Below, piece after piece: positions 1 through 8,785 of a stretch of 64,000 nt of DNA (the stretch's first letter is position 1; the number at the start of each line of letters is the position of its first letter). Under the pieces are notes generated by a model. It worked only from the letters and a program-made list of their open reading frames with translations. It had not been told where the DNA came from and did not search any database. A program made the position numbers and the translations under genes. This DNA is from Arenicellales bacterium (GTDB lineage: Bacteria > Pseudomonadota > Gammaproteobacteria > Arenicellales > JAJDZL01): the NCBI GenBank assembly GCA_965200765.1, contig OZ241380.1, positions 1,106,417 through 1,170,416 of the forward strand. Direction: 5' to 3'.

Positions 1-1413
1 ATTCGACTGGCCGCGCAGTTGGGTTCCAGCTTGTGCGGTGCCTGCTATATTCTTGATGAACCTACAATCGGCCTGCATAGCCGCGACAACCGTAAACTCC
101 TTGATGCCTTGAAATCACTTCGACACAAGGGCAACTCAATTGTTGTTGTGGAGCATGACGAAGAGACAATCGAAAGTGCTGACCATATTATTGATTTGGG
201 TCCCGGCGGCGGTGTTCGCGGCGGAGAAGTAATTGCGGTGGGAACGCCAATCCAAATCAGGAAAAACAATCGATCAGTAACCGGACAATCGTTGGCCCAA
301 CCGTTGCAACATCCTCAGCCGAGACAACGGGGTGCAGCAAACCCGAAGAAAGCCGTACAAGTGATTGGAGCCTGGAAGCATAATCTGCGAAATATCAATG
401 CAACGATACCGATTCAGGCGCTGGTATGTGTAACCGGTGTGAGCGGGAGCGGAAAAAGCACCTTGGTGCGCAATATTCTTTACGAAAATCTTGTCAGTTT
501 GGCATCTCGGTATAAAAATTCCAATGATTTGGCAATTTTCAATGACTGCGAAAACATTGAGGGTTGGGAAGCATTCAGTCGCGTACTTGAAGTGGATCAA
601 ACGCCAATCGGAAAAACCCCGCGTTCCTGTCCGGCCACCTATGTCAATGTTTGGGGAAAAATCAGACAACTGTTTGCTGAAACACCGGAAGCAAGATTAC
701 GCGGCTACGAGGCCGGCCGTTTTTCATTCAATGTCGCAGGTGGACGCTGTGCCAGTTGCGACGGTCAGGGCGAGAAAAAAATCGAAATGAATTTCCTGCC
801 GGATGTGAGAGTGATTTGCGAAACTTGCAATGGTTCCAGATTCAATTCGGAAACGCTGGCAGTTACCTATAGAGGCAAGACAGTTGCCGATGTTTTGTCA
901 TTGAGTATGGAAGAAGCGGCGGAGTTTTTCAAGCCGTTATCGTCCTTGAGAAAGGTATTCGAATTGCTTGTGGATGTTGGTTTGGGATATTTGACACTTG
1001 GGCAACCCAGTCCGACGCTGAGCGGCGGTGAAGCACAACGGATCAAGCTGGTTGCCGAATTGTCAAAAGCTGTTCGAATTGCTGATCGCGAGACACGAAA
1101 GGGCAATGCGACGATTGGCTCACGCACTCTCTATCTGTTGGATGAACCCACTGTGGGGTTACATGTTGCGGATATTGAAAAACTGGTTCGGGTATTGCAT
1201 GCGCTGGTTGATGCCGGCAATACAGTGGTCGTGGTTGAGCATAATCTGGACATCATTGCCGAAGCGGACTGGGTCATTGATTTAGGACCGGAAGGAGGTG
1301 ATGCCGGCGGAAAAATTGTAACGCAAGGACCATTAAATAAATTCATGCGCTCCAAGCGTTCTCACACCGCAAGGGCATTACGCGAATTGCAGGAGAAACG
1401 AAATCTACTATGA
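1..1413 (+). CDS. UvrA-family ABC ATPase, C-terminal ~470 aa (5' end cut by window edge)
   Basis: The frame is open from nt 1 (IRLAAQLGSSLCGACYILDEPTIGLH). It shows Walker B/D-loop of half 1 (VVVEHDE), a second Walker A (GVSGSGKSTL), a UvrA-type Cys4 module (CASCDGQG...CETCNGSRF), and a second signature plus Walker B (LSGGEAQRIKL, LYLLDEPTVGLH, VVVEHNLD). Confidence 0.85.
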   Translation: MRLAAQLGSSLCGACYILDEPTIGLHSRDNRKLLDALKSLRHKGNSIVVVEHDEETIESADHIIDLGPGGGVRGGEVIAVGTPIQIRKNNRSVTGQSLAQPLQHPQPRQRGAANPKKAVQVIGAWKHNLRNINATIPIQALVCVTGVSGSGKSTLVRNILYENLVSLASRYKNSNDLAIFNDCENIEGWEAFSRVLEVDQTPIGKTPRSCPATYVNVWGKIRQLFAETPEARLRGYEAGRFSFNVAGGRCASCDGQGEKKIEMNFLPDVRVICETCNGSRFNSETLAVTYRGKTVADVLSLSMEEAAEFFKPLSSLRKVFELLVDVGLGYLTLGQPSPTLSGGEAQRIKLVAELSKAVRIADRETRKGNATIGSRTLYLLDEPTVGLHVADIEKLVRVLHALVDAGNTVVVVEHNLDIIAEADWVIDLGPEGGDAGGKIVTQGPLNKFMRSKRSHTARALRELQEKRNLL

Positions 1414-1428
1414 TGCTGCAATCGGGAA

Positions 1429-2097
1429 CTACAGCGCGCGTCTCACATCTTGCTGGCGTTGTGAAATGTAGTTTTTCATTGCCAGTTCGGCGCGGTCCGG
1501 ATCGCGCTGGGCGATAGCTTCGGCAACATCATGCGTCATCACCTCGTGTGCTTCGGCGATAGAATGCCAATTCCCCAGTTTTGATGAGATAAAGAACCAA
1601 AGGCGCAGGTGAAGATTGAATATTCTCGGAATTGCTTCAGCCAAATATCCATTCTGAGATGCTTCTGCCAATACCTTGTAGAATTTTCGGTCCAGAAAAA
1701 CATACTGGTCAATGTTGTCATCGCGAGTTGCCTGAACCAAAGCCTGGTGAATATCAAGCAAGTCATCAGCTTGCTTGGCAGTTGCCCGATTTGCGGCAAG
1801 CCGGCAGGCAAACCCGTCAATCAAACTTCTGAATTCGTAGATTTCCTGCATTGCCGTATAGCTGATTTCCGAAACAAACATGCCGCGATTCAGGCGATGC
1901 ACAACCAGTCCTTCACGCGCCAGCCGTTGCAACGCTTCCCGAACTGGCGTGCGGCCGATATTCAGCTCTTCCACCAAAACTTGTTCTGCCAAAACAGCAC
2001 CGGGTTGAAGGTCCAGACGGGTAATGCGGGTTACGAGTTCATTGTAGGCCTTGTCTGCAAGGGAAACGGGAGGTGATTTTTCAGTTGAGTTGGGCAT
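1429..2097 (-). CDS. GntR-family (FadR/FCD-type) transcriptional regulator
   Basis: N-terminal wHTH (LNIGRTPVREALQRLAREGLV) followed by an all-helical FCD-like C-terminal domain. It is the last gene of the co-directional operon, 12 nt after the upstream gene. Confidence 0.85.
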   Translation of the reverse strand: MPNSTEKSPPVSLADKAYNELVTRITRLDLQPGAVLAEQVLVEELNIGRTPVREALQRLAREGLVVHRLNRGMFVSEISYTAMQEIYEFRSLIDGFACRLAANRATAKQADDLLDIHQALVQATRDDNIDQYVFLDRKFYKVLAEASQNGYLAEAIPRIFNLHLRLWFFISSKLGNWHSIAEAHEVMTHDVAEAIAQRDPDRAELAMKNYISQRQQDVRRAL

Positions 2098-2109
2098 TTC
2101 TCCGTTTTT

Positions 2110-3063
2110 CTACGATTCAGGTGAAGCAACAAGTGTTCCCAATCCTTTTGACAACTTGTCTGTATCCAACTGTTGGCCAATGATCACAAGACGGTTGGTC
2201 GATCGTGGGGCGGCTTCCGAAATATCAAGTTGCCCCGCCGAATACTGAACCAGTACAGGTTGATCGTCTATCTGCATAAATCCTTTCATTCGCCAAACCG
2301 TATCAGGCAGCACATCACAATATTGTTTGAATTCAGAGCGGGTGATATCGACCCTGGGTTCAATCACGATTGACATCATCAGCTCGTGAACATGATGATG
2401 GTGATGATGATGGTGCGAACTGGACGGTTCACTCGCATCAGCTTCAGCATCCAGAACCAGGTCCTTTTCAATTTGGCACTGCTCGGTAAAGTAAATCAGC
2501 CCGTCGGGATTGATATTTTTGACTTCGCATGCAACTTTTCGAAGCTCATCTTTATCGGCCAAATCGATTTTGTTGACTACGACGATATCGGCATTCAAAA
2601 TTTGTGATTCGTAGAATTCGCCTAGCATGGAGCGAATTTTGTTGAATTTCGCGGCATCGACAACTGTAACGATCGGACAGATGTCAAAATTTGCTGAAAC
2701 AGAGGGGTCTTCAAAGTCGTCCAGCATATCTTCAGGGTCAGCAACACCACTAGCTTCAACAATAATTCTCTGTGCACCGGCATCATTCACGAGTTCTTCT
2801 GCGGCATTTAGCAACGATCCTTTCAGCGTGCAACAAAGACAACCTGAATTCAATTCTACTGTATCAATCGCGTTGCCTTGAATAATGTCGCCATCCACAC
2901 CGACATCACCAAACTCATTGACAATAATCGCCGTAGGAACTTCATTGCCGGCAGTTTCAATCAAATGGCGCACAAGCGTAGTTTTGCCGGAGCCAAGAAA
3001 TCCAAACAGGAGATGCAGGTTCGCTTGATTCGAGTGCGATCGGGTTGAAGTTTCTGTCGACAT
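2110..3063 (-). CDS. COG0523 / CobW-type G3E P-loop GTPase metallochaperone with His8 tract
   Basis: Walker A GFLGSGKTT, COG0523 hallmark GCLCCT, NKID (NKxD). A His-rich linker SSSHHHHHHHHVH (nt 2391-2414) precedes a CobW_C-like domain. Confidence 0.85.
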   Translation of the reverse strand: MSTETSTRSHSNQANLHLLFGFLGSGKTTLVRHLIETAGNEVPTAIIVNEFGDVGVDGDIIQGNAIDTVELNSGCLCCTLKGSLLNAAEELVNDAGAQRIIVEASGVADPEDMLDDFEDPSVSANFDICPIVTVVDAAKFNKIRSMLGEFYESQILNADIVVVNKIDLADKDELRKVACEVKNINPDGLIYFTEQCQIEKDLVLDAEADASEPSSSHHHHHHHHVHELMMSIVIEPRVDITRSEFKQYCDVLPDTVWRMKGFMQIDDQPVLVQYSAGQLDISEAAPRSTNRLVIIGQQLDTDKLSKGLGTLVASPES

Positions 3064-3069
3064 TGCCGC

Positions 3070-5022
3070 TTACTGCGATATAGATTCTGTAGATCGTTTA
3101 ATCCGTGTTTCTCTTCGAGACTTTGCGGTTGACCTCGCTGCCGATGGAAACGGCATTCCGGAAAATGACATGGAATCCACGAAAATATCCTGAAAATCCG
3201 GACGTGCGGCAAGCGCAACATGTTCAATGCTTTGACTGATTTCATATGCGGATTGGCGTTCGGTTTCCGACAGCAATGCCATTTGTGCACCAAGCAGAGC
3301 TGCATTGCCTACATAGGCGATACGCTCATGCGGCAAATTGGGTAGCAAGCGAATGGTTTTGGCACTTTCGATACTGACATAATTGCCAAATCCACCACAA
3401 AGCATCAGTTGTTCAATTTGTTCATCCTGAATATTCATGACAGTTTGAAGCATGCGAATTCCTGAATAAATAGCACTCTTTGCCAATTGCAACTGTCTGA
3501 CATCGCCTTGTGTGACACCGATGTTTTTCTTCTTGCCAGTTTCTTGATTCCAAACGAGGACGAATTCGGCCGAGCCATTGTCTGATTTTACCAACCGTTC
3601 CCGAATGCAGTCCGGCAACTCTTCAAGGTCCCGCTTTCGCATGTTTCCGTTGCTATCCATAATATGCGAATCAATCATTTTCGCCGCAGCATCAATGAGT
3701 CCTGAACCACAGATTCCAATTGCCGGCACGTCGCCGATGATCAGGCAGTTAAAATCGTTATTCACCTCGACTTTTTCAATTGCACCCAAAGCCCCCCGCA
3801 TGCCGTCTCGAATCTGTGCACCTTCCAGTGCCGGACCAGCTGGAGCAGAGCATGCCGTCATTCGTTTGCGCGACCCCATGACAACTTCGCCATTGGTGCC
3901 GATATCCACCAGTGCGCGAATCTCTTCACTCTCATGAATTCGAGTGGACAAGATGCATCCGACTGTATCAGCACCGACAAAACCTGCAATGATCGGTAGC
4001 AAGCATACCTTTGCCTTGGGTGCCGCCTTGAGCGGCAGATCGGCAGAGCTCAGAACCAGATTTTCCCGAACCACGGGAGCGTATGGCGCCAAGCCTACGT
4101 AAGAAACATCAATCCCGAGAAAAATATGATGCATGCAGGTATTGCCGACTACGACAATTTTATAGACATGCTCGGGTGATACGCCTGCTTCTTTGCAGGT
4201 TTGACGAATATATTCGTTCACTGCATTCAGAATTTTGGCGCGCAACGTAGACAATTTTTTATCGTCAAATTGCGCGTAGGCGATGCGCGACATCAGGTCG
4301 CCGCCATACACGGCTTGCGGATTTACACCGCCCGCCGAGGCCAGTTGTTCGCCAGATTTCAGGTCTAGCAGAGTTGCAACTACGCTAGTAGTGCCAATGT
4401 CAAAAGCCATGCCGTAGACGTGCTCCGTGGTATCACCGGCTTCAACATCAATCAACTCGCCATTGAATGTCGTAATTGTCAATTTGCCATTTTCGGCCCG
4501 AAGCAATTGGGGAATTTTACGTAGCAAATGAATGGAAGATTGAGTTGCATCGAGTTCGGCCGCACCCAGAATTTCCTCAATGTCTGAAGTCTGGTGATGT
4601 TCTTCAACCGGGAGGTTTGCGTGAATGATTCGTTTCTCCACACCACTGTCAAGGTGCATGCGATGGTTGTCCATTGACGAGTTTCCCGATTCAAGAATTT
4701 GATGTCCTTGCTCGGCTTTCGGCGGCACCGCCATGACAGTTGTATCGCCGAGCATACGCGTCTGACAGGCGAGGCGAAAACCTTCGTGAACTTCATCATG
4801 TCCTAGCTGCACTGAATCTTGTACAGTGGGCGGTGGTGTATCACCTTCCAAAATCTTGACCCGACAACTGCGACAACGCCCACGGCTACCGCAAGTTGCG
4901 TCGATATTGATTCCAGCCTGGCGCGAGGCTTCCAGAATTGTTGCGTCGCGAGCTACATTGACGGTTCTCGGTTTCTCGGCGCTACTGAGACCAACAAAAG
5001 TAACTGCAATGTCGGCAGACAT
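3070..5022 (-). CDS. RACo-like reductive activator of corrinoid proteins ([2Fe-2S] ferredoxin + ASKHA/DUF4445 ATPase)
   Basis: N-terminal plant-type ferredoxin pattern CGSRGRCRSCRV...LACQT. The C-terminal part has actin/sugar-kinase-fold phosphate motifs AFDIGTTSV and LVDIGTNGEVV. Its start overlaps the stop of the corrinoid protein gene. Confidence 0.8.
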   Translation of the reverse strand: MSADIAVTFVGLSSAEKPRTVNVARDATILEASRQAGINIDATCGSRGRCRSCRVKILEGDTPPPTVQDSVQLGHDEVHEGFRLACQTRMLGDTTVMAVPPKAEQGHQILESGNSSMDNHRMHLDSGVEKRIIHANLPVEEHHQTSDIEEILGAAELDATQSSIHLLRKIPQLLRAENGKLTITTFNGELIDVEAGDTTEHVYGMAFDIGTTSVVATLLDLKSGEQLASAGGVNPQAVYGGDLMSRIAYAQFDDKKLSTLRAKILNAVNEYIRQTCKEAGVSPEHVYKIVVVGNTCMHHIFLGIDVSYVGLAPYAPVVRENLVLSSADLPLKAAPKAKVCLLPIIAGFVGADTVGCILSTRIHESEEIRALVDIGTNGEVVMGSRKRMTACSAPAGPALEGAQIRDGMRGALGAIEKVEVNNDFNCLIIGDVPAIGICGSGLIDAAAKMIDSHIMDSNGNMRKRDLEELPDCIRERLVKSDNGSAEFVLVWNQETGKKKNIGVTQGDVRQLQLAKSAIYSGIRMLQTVMNIQDEQIEQLMLCGGFGNYVSIESAKTIRLLPNLPHERIAYVGNAALLGAQMALLSETERQSAYEISQSIEHVALAARPDFQDIFVDSMSFSGMPFPSAARSTAKSRRETRIKRSTESISQ

Positions 5023-5023
5023 T

Positions 5024-5731
5024 TCAAGCCCAGGCTTCTCTTTGCTCTTGCACTAGTCGAAGGGCGAGACGAACCGCTTCAACTGCATCTTTTCCCCAGC
5101 CATCTGCACCACATTCGTCGGCCCAATCCTGGGTTGTCGGTGCGCCGCCAATCAAGATCTTCACTTTGCCACGATGACCGGCATTACAAAATTCGTCAAT
5201 GGTAACTTTCTGATAGTAGACGGTCGTGGAAAGCAGGGCAGAAAACCCGATCAGATCAGCATTTTCTTCCAGCGCAGTTTGAATGAACCGGTCGGGATGA
5301 ACATCCGTACCCAAATTGATGACCCGGAAGCCGGCATTTTCAAGCATGATGGTCACAATGGATTGTCCGATATCATGCATATCGCCCAGTACAGTTCCAA
5401 TCACGAAAGTACCGACCGGTTTTTCCGCCATGGCGGCCAAAAGCGGACGAATCAGTGCCAATCCCGCTTTCATCGCACGCGCGGTGATCAACATTTCCGG
5501 AATAAAAATCACCTGTGCACTAAATCGGTCTGCTTGCAGATTGAAGCCCGGAAACAATCCGTCGTCCAAAATGACTCGCGGGTCGATATCAGCATCAATG
5601 GCTTGCTTGACCCTCTCGTCCGTATAGACATGATCGCCGGTTTCAACAGCATCCCAAAGTGTTTCCCATTCCCAGCCTTCGGGGGCTCGTTCTTCCCAGC
5701 CTGTTGGAATTTCTAATTCAGGTTCGTCCAT
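5024..5731 (-). CDS. Corrinoid (cobalamin-binding) protein, MtaC/MtgC/MetH-B12-domain type
   Basis: B12-binding motifs DxHxxG (GDMHDIGQ), SxL (SALLSTT) and GG (LIGGAP), preceded by a helical cap domain. Confidence 0.9.
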   Translation of the reverse strand: MDEPELEIPTGWEERAPEGWEWETLWDAVETGDHVYTDERVKQAIDADIDPRVILDDGLFPGFNLQADRFSAQVIFIPEMLITARAMKAGLALIRPLLAAMAEKPVGTFVIGTVLGDMHDIGQSIVTIMLENAGFRVINLGTDVHPDRFIQTALEENADLIGFSALLSTTVYYQKVTIDEFCNAGHRGKVKILIGGAPTTQDWADECGADGWGKDAVEAVRLALRLVQEQREAWA

Positions 5732-5754
5732 GGTTGCAGCTCCGATGAGTTTCT

Positions 5755-6924
5755 CTAGTTCAGTGGATATTTGCCATAAGTGCCAAAGTCGCGTTGTGCT
5801 TCCAGCATTGTAAAAATGTTTTGAATTGGCACATCGGCGAGTATGTAGTGGGCCGGTGAAAAAATATAACCACCGCCAGTCGCCAGGTTTTTCATAACTT
5901 CGCAGACACCGTTTCGTACGGCTTCAACTTGGCCGCGAGGAAGTAGTCTCTGTACATCAAATCCACCGATGAATGCAATGTCATCCCCGTACTGTTTTTT
6001 CAGATCGACCTGGTTCTTGTTGCCGCCTGTGGGTTGCATCAGGCCTGACAGGTCAACTCCAAGTTCAATCATGTCGCCGATGATCGGAGAGTAGTCTCCG
6101 CAAGAATGCAACTTGATGAAGATATCCTTGTTGGTTTCACGGAATTTCTTGAACATATAGTCAAATCTGGGTTTGCCCAGCTCACGCCACTGCTGTGGAG
6201 ATATCATCATGGATTGCTGTGCGCCGACATCATCGCCCACGCGAATCATGTCAATTCCCAGGTCAATTACGTTTTGTCCAAGTTTGGTGTAGTATTCGGT
6301 TAGTCCGTCCAGCACACCATGGATCAGCTCCGGTTCATCAAACAGATAGAGAAAGAAATTCTGTGTGCCAACCAAATGAGCGTAGGCCGCTTCGATCAAT
6401 GTGGAAGACAGGTCGACGATTATGAAATACTCGTCCTGATATTGGTCCAACAACGTACGAATTGGACCAATCAATTCTTCATCAGCCGGGTCTGGCCATG
6501 TATAGTTTTTCAAGTCTTCCATGGAGGTAATTGGGTGAAAGTTGGGAAAATTTTCCGGTACGACTTTGGCGGGTCCCCAAAAATCCTGCGTTTTCTGGAA
6601 CTCAAGGTGTTCTTCTTCGGTTCTGCCTTTGAGTCCGCTTTTGCCATAGCCAACTCCAAAGTGGTTGTACCAGGTTTCACCGATTGCAATGGGTCGATGG
6701 GAAAATTCGGCATTGATTCCGATTTGATAAATAATTGCATCGTTTCCCAGCCGAAGTTCCAATTCCGGATTGTGCTTCAAGCCTGTACCGGTTTTTTCAA
6801 TCCCGAAAACGCGGGCGATTTTCTCCTTGGCTTCGCTTTTCATGCGATACAGAAGGGGGACACGGTCCACAGGTTCGTGCCTGACAGCCCGTGCGAATCG
6901 TTCACGAGGAATTAACTCTTTCAT
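5755..6924 (-). CDS. URO-D-family (MtaA/MtbA/MtsA/CmuA-N-like) corrinoid-dependent methyltransferase with putative Zn site
   Basis: Length and overall pattern fit the uroporphyrinogen-decarboxylase-like methyltransferase family. It has an HxC motif KLHSCGD (H273 nt 6106-6108, C275 nt 6100-6102) and a downstream Cys (C341 nt 5902-5904). Confidence 0.75.
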   Translation of the reverse strand: MKELIPRERFARAVRHEPVDRVPLLYRMKSEAKEKIARVFGIEKTGTGLKHNPELELRLGNDAIIYQIGINAEFSHRPIAIGETWYNHFGVGYGKSGLKGRTEEEHLEFQKTQDFWGPAKVVPENFPNFHPITSMEDLKNYTWPDPADEELIGPIRTLLDQYQDEYFIIVDLSSTLIEAAYAHLVGTQNFFLYLFDEPELIHGVLDGLTEYYTKLGQNVIDLGIDMIRVGDDVGAQQSMMISPQQWRELGKPRFDYMFKKFRETNKDIFIKLHSCGDYSPIIGDMIELGVDLSGLMQPTGGNKNQVDLKKQYGDDIAFIGGFDVQRLLPRGQVEAVRNGVCEVMKNLATGGGYIFSPAHYILADVPIQNIFTMLEAQRDFGTYGKYPLN

Positions 6925-6989
6925 GGTGTCTGTTCTCCTGGATCAATTGGGTTAAGTGATTGAGTGAATTTTACAAACATTGCCTGAAT

Positions 6990-8000
6990 TTACTTCATGC
7001 TCTTGCGAGCGGTTCTGTTTGATTTGGTAATTGATCGAATGTATCGTAGATACTGTACAGAAAACTCGTCTTCTGCTGTAAGTGCATTCACTGCAAACCG
7101 AAAGTCGTCGAACGGCTTCACCGGATTCATAATCGGGTCGATCATCAGGGAATCACAACCGGCCAGAATGGACAGACTGACAAAAGCATGGTTCAAGATT
7201 TTCCTTTGTGGCAGTCCGAATGACACGTTGCTGTGTCCGCCGAATATATGAACTTTCGGATAGCGGGAACGCATTGTTCGCACTGCGTCCAGATAGTGGT
7301 TGCCGAAATCCGGTCCGGCACCAATGGGAAACACCAGCGGGTCCAAAAAACGATCCTCTATTGCGATGCCACCTTCCTCCATCATACTCATGCATTGTTC
7401 AAGATTTTCAATGCGTTGTTCAGCATTCTGGGGCATGCCTTTATTGCCACTTGCATTTGCGAACAGCAAGGCATTTCGCTCTTTTGCCATATCTACAAGC
7501 ACTTGTCTGCCATCTTCCAGATTGAACGAATTAATTGCAGGTCTGCTGATTGACCCGTCGTGTGCTTCCAGGCCCGCGTAAATCGTGTTTGAATCCGAAG
7601 AATCAATCGAAACAATACTGCTGGTGATGGATTGGGCAGTTTTGACGAGCCATTTTATCCATTCGTAGCGTTCTTCGGGATACACAGACATTTCGTCAAC
7701 ACACAGATCAATGATATGTGCACCCCCGCGTTCTTGAGCTCGAATCACCCAGGTGATGTAATCCATGTTCTTTTGTCGGCATGCTTCGGCGATGTGCGGA
7801 ATGGCGAAGAGCGCCTGTTCGTTCGGATCTTCCGGCATGCTACTCGTAACATCCAATCGTCCGGGAGTCGAGTCCAGTTTCGTATAAGTTACAAAAAATT
7901 TCCCATTTTCTTGTATCACACGAGTGCTGGATGCCTTGATTTTTCGAGTGGCATTGAAATTTTCGCCGATGATGACCAAGCCGTTATTTGCTACTTTCAT
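6990..8000 (-). CDS. Pterin-binding methyltetrahydrofolate:corrinoid methyltransferase (MetH-pterin/AcsE/CmuB/MtgA-like)
   Basis: DHPS-like TIM-barrel family. The N-terminal LVIIGENFNATRK resembles the IGERxN motif of MeTr/MetH pterin domains. IIDLCVDE and GLPQRK-type motifs are present. Confidence 0.75.
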   Translation of the reverse strand: MKVANNGLVIIGENFNATRKIKASSTRVIQENGKFFVTYTKLDSTPGRLDVTSSMPEDPNEQALFAIPHIAEACRQKNMDYITWVIRAQERGGAHIIDLCVDEMSVYPEERYEWIKWLVKTAQSITSSIVSIDSSDSNTIYAGLEAHDGSISRPAINSFNLEDGRQVLVDMAKERNALLFANASGNKGMPQNAEQRIENLEQCMSMMEEGGIAIEDRFLDPLVFPIGAGPDFGNHYLDAVRTMRSRYPKVHIFGGHSNVSFGLPQRKILNHAFVSLSILAGCDSLMIDPIMNPVKPFDDFRFAVNALTAEDEFSVQYLRYIRSITKSNRTARKSMK

Positions 8001-8021
8001 AGAATTGATTCCGTAACTTTG

Positions 8022-8678
8022 TCACTCGGGGAGCAATCCGTACATTCCGGAGCGCGACATTTTCGGAAGCATGGCGGCGCTTTCCAGAAGTGAAATGGGA
8101 ATTTGCGTGTCATCAAAAACCGTGAACAACTTTTTCTGGTCAAACAGGTCCCACTGAATCTGGTGTCCATCAATGGGATAGGAATAACCCGGTCCGAGTC
8201 GACGCGTGATTCTGAGTTGTTGCTTGTGTGCCCAACGGCGGGTTGTAATCACAAACTGCTTGGTGGCATTTTCGACACTCAGCCAAGCGGCCGATTCCAG
8301 AAACAGTGCCTCCACCAGCAACTCTTCATCCATCCATTGAATGGTTTGGTCGTCGACGGCTTTTCCGGCGGTCAAAGCAAATATGACGGCTTCTTTCGAG
8401 TTATTCATATATCGTTGAAAAATCTGGCTCTTCATGGAGACACCATTTTCCAGCACAATCTTGTCCTCATCAAGACAATCAACTGCAACAATGCGGTAGC
8501 TGACAGTGGGTTGAACAACGTCTGTCAATGCCTGAATAGCTGTTTCAGCTGCCTTGACAACCGCTGGTCGCACTTTTGCACCTTCCTTGTATCCATGTAT
8601 TCGCAATACAGAATCAAGTTTCGGTTTTGACTTGGCAAGTGAAACAGTTTGAGTTCGACCTCTTACTAAATTGTCCAT
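8022..8678 (-). CDS. Stand-alone MetH activation (AdoMet-binding reactivation) domain-like protein
   Basis: At 218 aa it matches the size of stand-alone Met_synt_B12-domain proteins. RRLGPGYSYPIDGH resembles the RxxxGY AdoMet-binding motif of the MetH C-terminal domain. Confidence 0.6.
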   Translation of the reverse strand: MDNLVRGRTQTVSLAKSKPKLDSVLRIHGYKEGAKVRPAVVKAAETAIQALTDVVQPTVSYRIVAVDCLDEDKIVLENGVSMKSQIFQRYMNNSKEAVIFALTAGKAVDDQTIQWMDEELLVEALFLESAAWLSVENATKQFVITTRRWAHKQQLRITRRLGPGYSYPIDGHQIQWDLFDQKKLFTVFDDTQIPISLLESAAMLPKMSRSGMYGLLPE

Positions 8679-8785
8679 TTCAACCTATCAGGCAATGAAA
8701 TATATATTCAAAATATATCATTTAAAAACAGCCTGTAGGGTACTTTCTTCAATTCTCCAATAATTGACCTATGAGAACAGGGGGT

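Noticed and set aside
1609-2076. Large antisense ORFs lying inside well-supported genes. Examples: 1609-2076 +, 5174-5716 +, 6319-6915 +, 8103-8630 +, 17114-17629 -, 33528-34202 +, 37103-37744 +, 49176-49691 -, 57977-58711 -.
   Set aside because: Each is fully contained in a gene on the opposite strand that has clear family motifs. Their translations are low-complexity or Cys/Arg/His-rich with no recognisable motif. They are typical shadow ORFs.
2391-2414. Apparent ATG/GTG trinucleotide tandem repeat (atgatgatggtgatgatgatggtg).
   Set aside because: It is the reverse complement of eight consecutive His codons within the COG0523 gene. It is a coding His tract, not a non-coding microsatellite.
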